64,000 nt of DNA from an uncultured Clostridia bacterium (GTDB taxonomy: Bacteria; Bacillota; Clostridia; TANB77; CAG-508). Position numbers and translations under genes: made by a program. Shown one piece after another: positions 49,392-58,544 of the stretch (positions are counted from its first letter, which is position 1; each line of letters opens with the position of its first letter). The DNA lies in assembly GCA_963559065.1 (NCBI GenBank), contig CAUWIY010000008.1, forward strand, positions 17,012 through 81,011. The letters are read 5' to 3'. The notes beneath the pieces are model-generated. The model made no database searches, was not told the origin of the DNA, and was given only the letters and a program-made list of their open reading frames with translations.

Positions 49392-50012
49392 TTATTCAAA
49401 ATCTTCAATTAATTGATTTAAGTTTTCATTTCCATTTACTCTAATTCCATTTTGAATATTTATTTTGTCTGTTTCTGTTAAATAATCAATTGCTATTTCT
49501 GTTTCTTTATAAAGTTCTTCTTCATTATTTTCGTTTATTTTATAAATTGCAATTCTTTCATCTTTATTTCTTAAAACAAAATGTTCCCCACATTCAGTAT
49601 CATATTCCCTATATAATTTTATTTGAGTAGGAGAAAATTCTTGTATTTTCCAATTCTCATAGTTCTTTTGTACTTCTTCTTTAGTCTTGTTTATTAGTAT
49701 ATTAGGAATATCTATATACTCATTGTTTAAGTGATTACATTTTTTATAGTATTTTTGTAAAGTTACAATACAGTTTGGAGATACTTTTGGTTCATCTGAA
49801 TTTGTTTGTATTGTGTCTTTATTTGCTTTTTCTTGTATTTCTTCCCATTCCTCTGTACACTCATCAGTTACTTTTTCTGATATTTTATTTATTTCATTTT
49901 CTACAATATTATTCTTTGGTTGATTTTTTTCATTACTATATATACTTATTGCAGCTACTATACCAATAATTATTATTGCTACAATTAGTAATATTATCCA
50001 GTTTTTTTTCAT
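49392..50012 (-). CDS. BofC C-terminal domain-containing exported protein
   Basis: TM anchor; YYKKCNH and T.I.IDYL...D...IQNGI...LIEDFE pattern; sigF-like promoter at 50040-50068. Confidence 0.7.
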   Translation of the reverse strand: MKKNWIILLIVAIIIIGIVAAISIYSNEKNQPKNNIVENEINKISEKVTDECTEEWEEIQEKANKDTIQTNSDEPKVSPNCIVTLQKYYKKCNHLNNEYIDIPNILINKTKEEVQKNYENWKIQEFSPTQIKLYREYDTECGEHFVLRNKDERIAIYKINENNEEELYKETEIAIDYLTETDKINIQNGIRVNGNENLNQLIEDFE

Positions 50013-50077
50013 AATTTTTCCTCCATAATTTTTTATTTATTATTTACGGATTTATTTAAAATTATACATTTTTCTTT

Positions 50078-52624
50078 TTACTTATTTATAACTCTCTTTA
50101 CATCAATTTTTCCATTTCTATCTACTGATATTGATATTTCTCCAATTTTGTCTGTTCTGTAAATTTTTGTTCCGAAAGTTTTCTAATCTTTTTATTACCT
50201 CATCATTTGGATGTCCGAATTTATTATTCTTTCCAACTCCAATTAGTGCTACTTTTGGTTTTACCGCTTCTATAAATTCATTAATTGATGATGTTTTTGA
50301 TCCATGATGTGCTACTTTTAATAATTTTGAATTTAAATTTTCTGTATCATTTTTATATTCTTCTAATATTTCCTTTTCCGCTATTTTTTCTATATCTCCT
50401 GTAAAAAGCATAGAAAAACTTTTATATTTCAACTTACAAACTAATGAATTATTATTTATACTATTTTCTGTAATAACATTTTTCGGGTTTGGCCATAAGA
50501 TGTCAAAATATATATTTTCTTCAATCTTTATTTTTTCTCCTATTTCTGCTACATGAACTTTTATATTTCTTTCTTTTACTATTTCCATGAATTCTTTATA
50601 GTTTTTACAACTTTCAAATTGTTTCCCTATTATAATGTTTTTTACTTTTAATTCTTTCATTATTGTTAACAGTCCGCCCGTACATGGTCACTATCAAAAT
50701 GACTTATAATTATTGTATCAATTGAATTAATTCCTCTATCTAAAATATATGGAAGTAAAATACTTTCTCCCACATCATAACTAGAATTCTCACTACCTCC
50801 TCCATCTATTAAAATTTTTTTATTTCTAGGTGTTATAATTAATGTTGAATCCCCTTGTCCAACATCAATAAAATATATTCTTAAATTTTTGGGAACTAAG
50901 TTAATAATTACTATAGTTGTAAAAATAATAATCATTAAGTATTTTATTTGTGTTTTTTTATTTCTTATTTTAATTTTTATCAGTGCAATTATATTTCTTG
51001 CTCTTATTTGCGTTTTATTTGGATTTTTAGCAGAATATATCTTATATGTGACCAATACCATTATTAACAAAATATAGTATGTAATAATTGAAAATAAGCT
51101 TTGTGTTGGAAGGTATATTTTTGAATATGGTAACTCACCTATTTTTGATATAAAAATCAAGATTTGTATTCCAATTTTTACTATTTTAGAAAATATTATT
51201 GCTAATTTAGTATCTATTAGAATAATTATAATGAATAAAAATCCTATTATAACAATAGTGCCTATTAGTAAACTTAAAATTAAATTTGATATTAAAAAAT
51301 ATGGATTAAATGTATTTAAATTATTTATTATAATTGGTAATATAAATATTTGTACAGATATTGATATCGAAATTATCTCTTTTATTTTATCTAATTGTGT
51401 TTGTATTTTGGGTCTTATAAAATATTTGTAAGTCTTATTTTTTATCCTTATATTTTTTAATGCTGTTAAAATTGTTTTATTAAGAATTACAATACCAACT
51501 ACTCCTCCATATGATAACAGTAACCCTAAATTTTGAATTAAAAATGGATTGTATATTAACATTAATAGTAATGAAATTGATATTGATGTATAAATATCAT
51601 TTTTTCTGTAAATTACTTTTGAAAAAATCATTATAATTCCCATTATTCCAGCTCTTGTAATTGATGGCGAAAAATTTGTTATAAACATATAAAATATTAA
51701 TATGAATATACAAAAAATATAGTTTTTTCTTTTTCCTAATACATTTTTTAATAAGATACTTATTCCTAAAATAACATATGTTACGTGCATACCTGAAACA
51801 GCTAAAACATGTGCCATTCCAGCATTTTTAAAATTTTCTTGTTTTTCTTCTTCAATGTCTACTTTATATCCCAATATTAATCCTAATAATACAGATGATG
51901 TATCTTTATCTAATAATTTTTTTGTCTTTGAAATTATTTTAGTTGAAATGTCATTTGCTACTTGAAAAAAATAATTTGCTCTTTTCTTTCCTTCTAGTTT
52001 GACATTTGTTGCTTTTATTGTTCCATATATTTTTAATTGTTTAAGATAATTTGAATAATCATATCCTTTATAGTTTCTTTGTGTTTCTGGTCTAATATAT
52101 TTTCCTGTAAATTCTATTTTATCTCCATATTCTAGCATTATATCTTTTGATGTTGTTATATAAAGTTTTATTTTTTTATTATTATAATATGTTTCAATTT
52201 TATATTTATTGTTATAATCTTTTTCTTCTTTATTGCTTATTATTATTCCTGTTAAACTTATTTTTTCTTTACTTTCTAAGTTATTATAAGTTTGTTCATA
52301 ATTTTTATTTTGGATAATTACTATTGAGTTTGAAATTATTGAACTAATGATTATTAAAATCATTGTTTTTGAATTTAAATAAATTTTTATATATCTAAAA
52401 AATCTTTTAAATGATAATAATTCTAATTTTTTATTTCTTTTGACACTAATCTTATTTTCTATTTTATCTTGTTTTAAATTAAATTTATGATTTTGTATTA
52501 TATTTTTTGCTAAATATATTGCAATGATAAAAAAATAAAAAGGGACTATACTTATTTTTAAGTATTGTCCCACTAATATACCTATTATATATCCTATCAT
52601 TGCAATGAAAATTGGTCTTTTCAC
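50078..52624 (-). CDS. comEC: ComEC/Rec2 DNA uptake channel, interrupted by three +1 shifts at CGG codons (recoded gene or pseudogene)
   Basis: Competence motif HVLAVSGMH and MBL motifs DVGQGD, HFDSDH, TGD, HHGS; skipping C at 50680, 50676 and 50174 restores DHVGGLLTIM and FGTKIYRTDKIGEI, with stop at 50078; GTG start behind an AAGGAG RBS. Confidence 0.88.
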
Positions 52625-52699
52625 ATATTCTCCTTCCATTGCATTTATTTTTCTATATTTTCTTTTTAATTTATTTTTGTATTTTCAGTTTTATTTATT

Positions 52700-54106
52700 T
52701 TAAAATATTCTTCTTGCACCTACATAATTGTTTTTATAATAACCACTTGCTAATGTATCTATTGTTACTCCTCTTGATGGATTTGCTGCATGTATGAATT
52801 GGTTTCCACCTATATAAATTCCTACATGGTTAATTCCAGATTTTCCAAACATAACTAAATCTCCAGCTTGTAGACTTGTTACAGCTCTTCCATTACTATA
52901 TTGTGCAGCTGCTGTTCTATTTAAATTAATTCCAAAATGTTTATATACATATTGTGTAAATCCTGAACAATCAAATCCTTTTGGTGTTGTTCCCCCATAT
53001 ACATATTTGCACCCTAAGAATTGCTTTGCATAGCTTACAACATTATTTCCTTGTCCTGATACTCCTGTGTTATTATTTGTATCATTGTTTGTATTAGCTG
53101 TATTGTTTGGTTTTTCTTTATTATTAGTTTCATTATTTGTATTATTTGGTTTTCTTGTATTTAAAGAGCTTCTTGATGTTGGAGATTTTGTAGTTGATAA
53201 TAATCCTTCTGCAATATATCCTTTTTTACCATTTGTTTCTACATAATGCCATCCATTTTCAGTTGATATTACTTTTACTTCTGTATTTTTACTTAATTGT
53301 GCAACTACTTTTGATGTTGTATTTGCTCCTTCTCTTAAATTAATAGTTTGAGAATTTACATACATTGTTTTTGGTTTAGCTGTTTGCTCTAAATTACTAT
53401 TTGCTGTTTCTGCTTGTTTTTCCTCTGGTTTGTTTTCTGTATTTTTATTTTCTTCTGTTACCTTTTCTAATTTTTCAGTTCTTATCCAACCTTGTGTTCC
53501 ATCTTCCATTACAGCATATGCCCAATTATTTATTATTTCTGTTACTTCTATTTGTGTATCTTTTTCTACATTTTTAATGTCCAAAGAACTAATTAGTGGT
53601 ACTATTTTTAAAGTTGATTTATCTAGTGCTTTATATTTTCCTAATATGTTTTCTTCAATTGGTGTTGTGTTAGTTTCTTCTGTTGTCTCATTTATATTAG
53701 GGTTTTCTACTATATTATTTTCTGTTACATTATTTTCTATTGTATTATTTTCTGAAGTGATATTTTGAGCATTATTATTTTGTTCTATACTGTTGTTAGT
53801 TACTATGTTATTTTGCTGTTCATTACCACTATTTTTTATTTCTAATAAATCTGTTCTTAAGTATCCTGTAATCTTTTTATATTTTACTTTACACCATTCG
53901 CCATTATTTTCTATTAGTTCTACTTCTTCTCCTTGTGATGCAAGTTCTAATATTTTTGATGTTGTATTTGGTTCTTCTCTAAGTCTTGCTGTTTCTACTG
54001 CTATTTTTGCAGTTGTTGATGCAAAGCTTATATTTATAAAAAACACACTTGATATACCTATAATAGTCATCAAAATTATGCTTTTTATATTCATTTTTGT
54101 TTTCAT
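52700..54106 (-). CDS. SH3b x3 + NlpC/P60 peptidoglycan endopeptidase
   Basis: Signal peptide, SH3b repeats (LRE...W..V...GY), GFDCSG and HVGIY..FIHA motifs. Confidence 0.92.
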   Translation of the reverse strand: MKTKMNIKSIILMTIIGISSVFFINISFASTTAKIAVETARLREEPNTTSKILELASQGEEVELIENNGEWCKVKYKKITGYLRTDLLEIKNSGNEQQNNIVTNNSIEQNNNAQNITSENNTIENNVTENNIVENPNINETTEETNTTPIEENILGKYKALDKSTLKIVPLISSLDIKNVEKDTQIEVTEIINNWAYAVMEDGTQGWIRTEKLEKVTEENKNTENKPEEKQAETANSNLEQTAKPKTMYVNSQTINLREGANTTSKVVAQLSKNTEVKVISTENGWHYVETNGKKGYIAEGLLSTTKSPTSRSSLNTRKPNNTNNETNNKEKPNNTANTNNDTNNNTGVSGQGNNVVSYAKQFLGCKYVYGGTTPKGFDCSGFTQYVYKHFGINLNRTAAAQYSNGRAVTSLQAGDLVMFGKSGINHVGIYIGGNQFIHAANPSRGVTIDTLASGYYKNNYVGARRIF

Positions 54107-54252
54107 TTTTTGCTCCTCATAATATTTTATTCATTTTTATTCACATGTTGTATAATATATAATGAATTCTTAAAGTTGTCAACTCACAAAAAATAGACGG
54201 ATTTTTACATCTATCTATCTTTTGTATGTTTTATTCTGTTTTTCTTAATTTT

Positions 54253-55176
54253 TTAAATGTTTTTGTCTATAAATGGTAATAGTTGTTTTTTTCTTGAAAC
54301 AACACCTTCTAAAAATGCTCTGTTATTATCTAATTTTTTGCCAAATGCTTTTTCAATAACATCAGATTTTTCTCCTAAAGCTATAACTTCTGAATTACTA
54401 TTTAAAATATCTGTAATTGCTAAAACAAATAAATTTAATTCTTTTTCTTTAATTGTTTTATTAATTGCTTCTTCTATATCATTTTGTCTTTTTAATACAT
54501 CTTCAATACTTACTGTATTAACTTGTGCTATTACAAATTTTGTTTCATTTTTACATAAACTTTTTGCATCTATATTTATCAATTCTTCTGCTGAAAATTC
54601 ATTTAAGTCTGTTCCAGCTTTTAGCATTTCTATTCCATATTCTTCTATATTTATATTAGCTATTTTTCCTAATTCTTCTAGTGCTTTTTTGTCATGTTCA
54701 GTTGTTGTTGGTGATTTTAATAATAATGTATCAGATATTATTGCACTTGCCATTAATATAGCTTCTGTTCTTTCTATTTCATGTCCAAATTGTTTAAATT
54801 CTTCAAATAAAATTGTTGATGTACATCCATATGGTTTTGCTGTATAGTATAAAGGTTCTGATGTTTCAAAATTTGATATTCTATGGTGGTCTGTTACTCC
54901 TAGTATTTTAGCTTTTTCTATTCCATCTACACTTTGATTAAATTCATTATGGTCTACTAATAATACTTCTTGCCCTTCTTCTACTCTTTCTATTAATTCA
55001 GGCGCTTCTATTCCTAAATAATTTAAAATATATTGTGTTTCTTTGTTGATTTTTCCTAGTCTTACTGCTTTTGTATCCCATCCATTTTTTCTATTTAATA
55101 TTTCGCTTACTAAAGCAGAACAGATTGAGTCTGTATCTGGATTTTTGTGTCCAAAAACTAAAGTTTTATTTTCCAT
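54253..55176 (-). CDS. ppaC: Manganese-dependent inorganic pyrophosphatase
   Basis: GHKNPDTDS, LVDHN, DHH, SRKKQ; true start MENK at 55176. Confidence 0.95.
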   Translation of the reverse strand: MENKTLVFGHKNPDTDSICSALVSEILNRKNGWDTKAVRLGKINKETQYILNYLGIEAPELIERVEEGQEVLLVDHNEFNQSVDGIEKAKILGVTDHHRISNFETSEPLYYTAKPYGCTSTILFEEFKQFGHEIERTEAILMASAIISDTLLLKSPTTTEHDKKALEELGKIANINIEEYGIEMLKAGTDLNEFSAEELINIDAKSLCKNETKFVIAQVNTVSIEDVLKRQNDIEEAINKTIKEKELNLFVLAITDILNSNSEVIALGEKSDVIEKAFGKKLDNNRAFLEGVVSRKKQLLPFIDKNI

Positions 55177-55223
55177 TTTTATTTCTCCCTTCAATACACT
55201 TTTGTTTCCAAAAATTTTTTGTC

Positions 55224-55317
55224 TGCCATTTTTTTGGCTATTTTTTACTATTGCCATTTATTTTTTGGCATTTACTTTTTGGCATTTATTTTTTAATACT
55301 GACATTTATTTTTTGCT
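55224..55317. repeat. Degenerate 14-15-bp tandem repeats in the ppaC leader
   Basis: About six minus-strand units of AAAAA(A/G)TAAATG(C/T/G)C. Confidence 0.65.
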
Positions 55318-55473
55318 ATGCTAATTACTATACAACATTTATATGAAAAAAACAAGCAAACTTTCTAATTTTTATATTTTCTAAAACACAAGAAATTAAA
55401 TTAATCTAGTGCTTTTTACATTTTACTCCTTGAGTAGTTACTTATCTAATATTTTTTTACCTTTTTTATCTTT

Positions 55474-56349
55474 TTAATTTGTAGCTATTTCTTCTAATTC
55501 TTCCTTTGTAAAATTATATTTTTTATTGCAAAAGTGACATACTAATTCTGCTTTTCCATCTTCTTCTATCATTTCTTTTAATACATTTTTGTCTAATGTT
55601 GCCAAAGCATCTTTCATATGTTCTTTAGAACAATCACATTCATATATTGGTGTAATATTTTCTTCTATTACTTCTATATTATTATCTCCAGTTACTTTTT
55701 TTGCTATTTCTATTAAAGATAAGTTTTCATCTAGCATTCTTGAAATAGCTCCTGCCTTAAATATTGATTGCTCAACTTTAGAAATTTCTTCTTCTGTTGC
55801 GTCTGGCATTGGTGTTATCATATATCCACCTGATGACTTTACTCCATTTTTATCAACTAATACACCTAATGCTGCTGCTGTATTTTTTTGTTCTGATTTT
55901 GCAAAATATTCTGCAAAATCTTCTGCGATCTCTCCAGATGTGATTGTAGAAACTCCGATATATGGTTCTTTCATCCCTATATCTTTTATAACATTAATAA
56001 AACCTGTATGTCCAACCGCTTCTCCTACATCTAGTTTTCCATCTTCATTTAAAGGTAAATCTACAACTGGATTTGCAACATAACCTTTTACAACAGGAAA
56101 GCTATTAGCTACAGTTACTATCATTCCAATTGGTCCATTTCCTTTCATCTGAATTGTTAACTTATCTTTCTCATTTTTCATTTCATTTCCCATTAATGCA
56201 GTTATTGTCAACAATCTTCCGAATGCTGCTGTTGTTACAGGACTTAAATCATGTATTTTTCTAGCCTTCTCTACAAGTTCTGTTGTATCAGCACATATTA
56301 CTGATACTTTTCCATTATAAGCTAAACATTTTATTATCTTATCACTCAT
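55474..56349 (-). CDS. hslO: Hsp33 redox chaperone
   Basis: GEIAED, SEQ, CDCS...CHFC zinc centre. Confidence 0.95.
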   Translation of the reverse strand: MSDKIIKCLAYNGKVSVICADTTELVEKARKIHDLSPVTTAAFGRLLTITALMGNEMKNEKDKLTIQMKGNGPIGMIVTVANSFPVVKGYVANPVVDLPLNEDGKLDVGEAVGHTGFINVIKDIGMKEPYIGVSTITSGEIAEDFAEYFAKSEQKNTAAALGVLVDKNGVKSSGGYMITPMPDATEEEISKVEQSIFKAGAISRMLDENLSLIEIAKKVTGDNNIEVIEENITPIYECDCSKEHMKDALATLDKNVLKEMIEEDGKAELVCHFCNKKYNFTKEELEEIATN

Positions 56350-56444
56350 ACTTGCTTTCATTCCCTTCATAAAAATTACTTGTTATTATGTTGTTATACT
56401 TTTTTTACGTTGATTATTATATCATTTTTCAAGTATTTTTTCAA

Positions 56445-56625
56445 GTGGTCAAGAGGGACGCCCCTTTTTGACCACAAAGTATATGCCTAAATATAAAATT
56501 CAATCGTAAATAGTAAAAAGTGGTCAAAAAGGGGCGTCCCTCTTGACCATAAAGTATATGCCTAAATATGAAATTTAATTGTAAATAGTAAAAAGTGGTC
56601 AAAAAGGGGCGTCCCTTTTGACCAC
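56445..56625. repeat. Three REP-like 31-bp hairpins at 75-bp period with near-identical spacers; first unit inverted
   Basis: GTGGTCAAAAAGGGGCGTCCCT(C/T)TTGACCA at 56520 and 56595, reverse complement at 56445; same family as 40422/40920. Confidence 0.88.
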
Positions 56626-56632
56626 TTATGTA

Positions 56633-56911
56633 TTATTGTTGAGCATATGGTAATACAGCAATATGTCTAGCTCTTTTAACTGCTGTAGTAATATCTCTTT
56701 GATGTTTTGCACAACATCCTGTTGTTCTTCTTGGTAAGATTTTTCCTTTATCATTAACAAATTTCTTTAATTGATCTGGATTTTTATAATCTAGTTCAAA
56801 GTTTTTATCACTACATAAGATACAAACTTTTTTTCTTTGTTTTCTGAATTTTGGATTGTAATCTTCGTCATAATTTTTATTATTATTTCTTTTTTGTTTT
56901 TTGTCTGCCAT
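56633..56911 (-). CDS. rpsR: 30S ribosomal protein S18 (zinc-binding C+ type)
   Basis: [27 protein letters not shown]. Confidence 0.97.
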   Translation of the reverse strand: MADKKQKRNNNKNYDEDYNPKFRKQRKKVCILCSDKNFELDYKNPDQLKKFVNDKGKILPRRTTGCCAKHQRDITTAVKRARHIAVLPYAQQ

Positions 56912-56938
56912 TTTTAATTTTCCCCCTCTCGATTATAA

Positions 56939-57367
56939 TTAAAATGGTAAATCATCTGCTGATGATGTTTCAAAGTCTGAGCCCATGCTTCCTGGCATTG
57001 TGCTTCCAAATGTACTTTCAAAGCTTCCAGCTCCCATGTCTCCTTCTCTTTTACTATCCGCAAAATATGCTTCTTCTGCAACTACTTCTGTTACATAGTG
57101 TTTTACACCTTGGTCATCATCCCATGTTCTTGTTTGTAATCTACCAATAATTCCTACTTGTTGACCTTTTTTAAAGTATTTGCTGCAAAATTCTCCTAAT
57201 TTGCTCCAAGCAACGATATTGAAGAAATCAGCTTGTCTTTCTTCTCCTTGTCTTACAAATCTTCTATTTACAGCTATGCTAAAAGAAGATACTAAGGTAT
57301 TATTTGTTTGTGTATATCTTGTTTCTGGGTCTCTTGTAAGTCTTCCCATTAATATTACTTTGTTCAT
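56939..57367 (-). CDS. ssb: Single-stranded DNA-binding protein
   Basis: MNKVILMGRLTRDPE...DDLPF; rpsF-ssb-rpsR order. Confidence 0.97.
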   Translation of the reverse strand: MNKVILMGRLTRDPETRYTQTNNTLVSSFSIAVNRRFVRQGEERQADFFNIVAWSKLGEFCSKYFKKGQQVGIIGRLQTRTWDDDQGVKHYVTEVVAEEAYFADSKREGDMGAGSFESTFGSTMPGSMGSDFETSSADDLPF

Positions 57368-57441
57368 TTTTATCATCCCTTCGCTATGTTCATTATCATT
57401 TTTAAAGTTTTACTTTAATTTAGGTCCCACATTTATTTAAA

Positions 57442-57720
57442 TTATTTTTTTACAACGATAAATTTAATAATATTATCTGTAATTCTGTAAACTCTTTCAA
57501 GTTCAGCTATTGAATCTGGTTTTGCTTCAAAGTTAAATAACATGTATGTTCCTTCTTTGAATTTTTTGATTTCATAAGCTAATCTTTTTTTACCCATGTT
57601 TTCAACAGATTCAACTTTTCCATTTTCATTTATTAACCCTGTAAATTTTTCTTCTAAAGCTTTTAAACCAGCTTCATCTACATTTGGATTAATAATGATA
57701 ACACTTTCGTATTTGTTCAT
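57442..57720 (-). CDS. rpsF: 30S ribosomal protein S6
   Basis: MNKYE...GKKRLAYEIKK. Confidence 0.97.
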   Translation of the reverse strand: MNKYESVIIINPNVDEAGLKALEEKFTGLINENGKVESVENMGKKRLAYEIKKFKEGTYMLFNFEAKPDSIAELERVYRITDNIIKFIVVKK

Positions 57721-57907
57721 TATTCTTTCACCTCCCTATGGATTAATAACCTAACTTTTCGTTAAGTAGAGATTTAAAATAGCTACGCTCTTTTAAAACA
57801 TAGCTATTTTATCATATTTTCATTAATTTTGCAACTAATTTATTAAAATTCGTATATTTTCTCTTATATATTCAAAAAATTTTTAAGTGAATTTACTTTT
57901 TAAGTAA

Positions 57908-58477
57908 CTATTCATATATTTTCTTTAATAATTTATTTGCTTCTTGTTTTAAAATTTGTTTATTGTTTTTTGCTTGCTCATCAGGGATAAATGGACTTCC
58001 AAATTTTACTGTTACTTTTGAAAAGAACTTTGGTCTTTGGTTTATAGAAACTGGTATTATAGGTATATTTGTTACTGCTGATATATGAATTGCTCCGCTT
58101 TTGATTTTTCCTATTTCTTCCTTTGTTTTTACAACTTTTCCTTCTGGAAATATTAAAAGTTTTATTTTTTCGTTTTCATCTAATAAATCTATTGCTGTTT
58201 TTACTCCTCTAATATCTGTTTTTTCACGATTTATAGGAAACGCATTATTATACTTTAATAATTTTGAAAAAAACTTATGTTTAAATAGTTCTGATTTTGC
58301 CATACTATACATATCTGGAACTACTTGTTTTAAAAAAACTGGGTCAAAAATTCTTGAATGATTTGGACAAATAATACATTTATCAAATCTATTTAATATT
58401 TCTTCATTCTCATATCTAACATGAAAAAGTAATTTACATACAATGTTTATTGTAATTTCACTTATAATTTTATACAT
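57908..58477 (-). CDS. plsC: 1-acyl-sn-glycerol-3-phosphate acyltransferase
   Basis: NHSRIFD (HX4D), MAKSELF, IFPEG, PIIPV. Confidence 0.88.
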   Translation of the reverse strand: MYKIISEITINIVCKLLFHVRYENEEILNRFDKCIICPNHSRIFDPVFLKQVVPDMYSMAKSELFKHKFFSKLLKYNNAFPINREKTDIRGVKTAIDLLDENEKIKLLIFPEGKVVKTKEEIGKIKSGAIHISAVTNIPIIPVSINQRPKFFSKVTVKFGSPFIPDEQAKNNKQILKQEANKLLKKIYE

Positions 58478-58544
58478 TTTTTGGGTATGATATATTTAAA
58501 TAATCATACTTTCCCCCTTTTTCTTACTATTTTTCTACATTATA

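Noticed and set aside
56445..56625. CRISPR array
   Set aside because: The spacers are near-identical, one repeat is inverted, the same repeat occurs dispersed elsewhere, and no cas genes are present.
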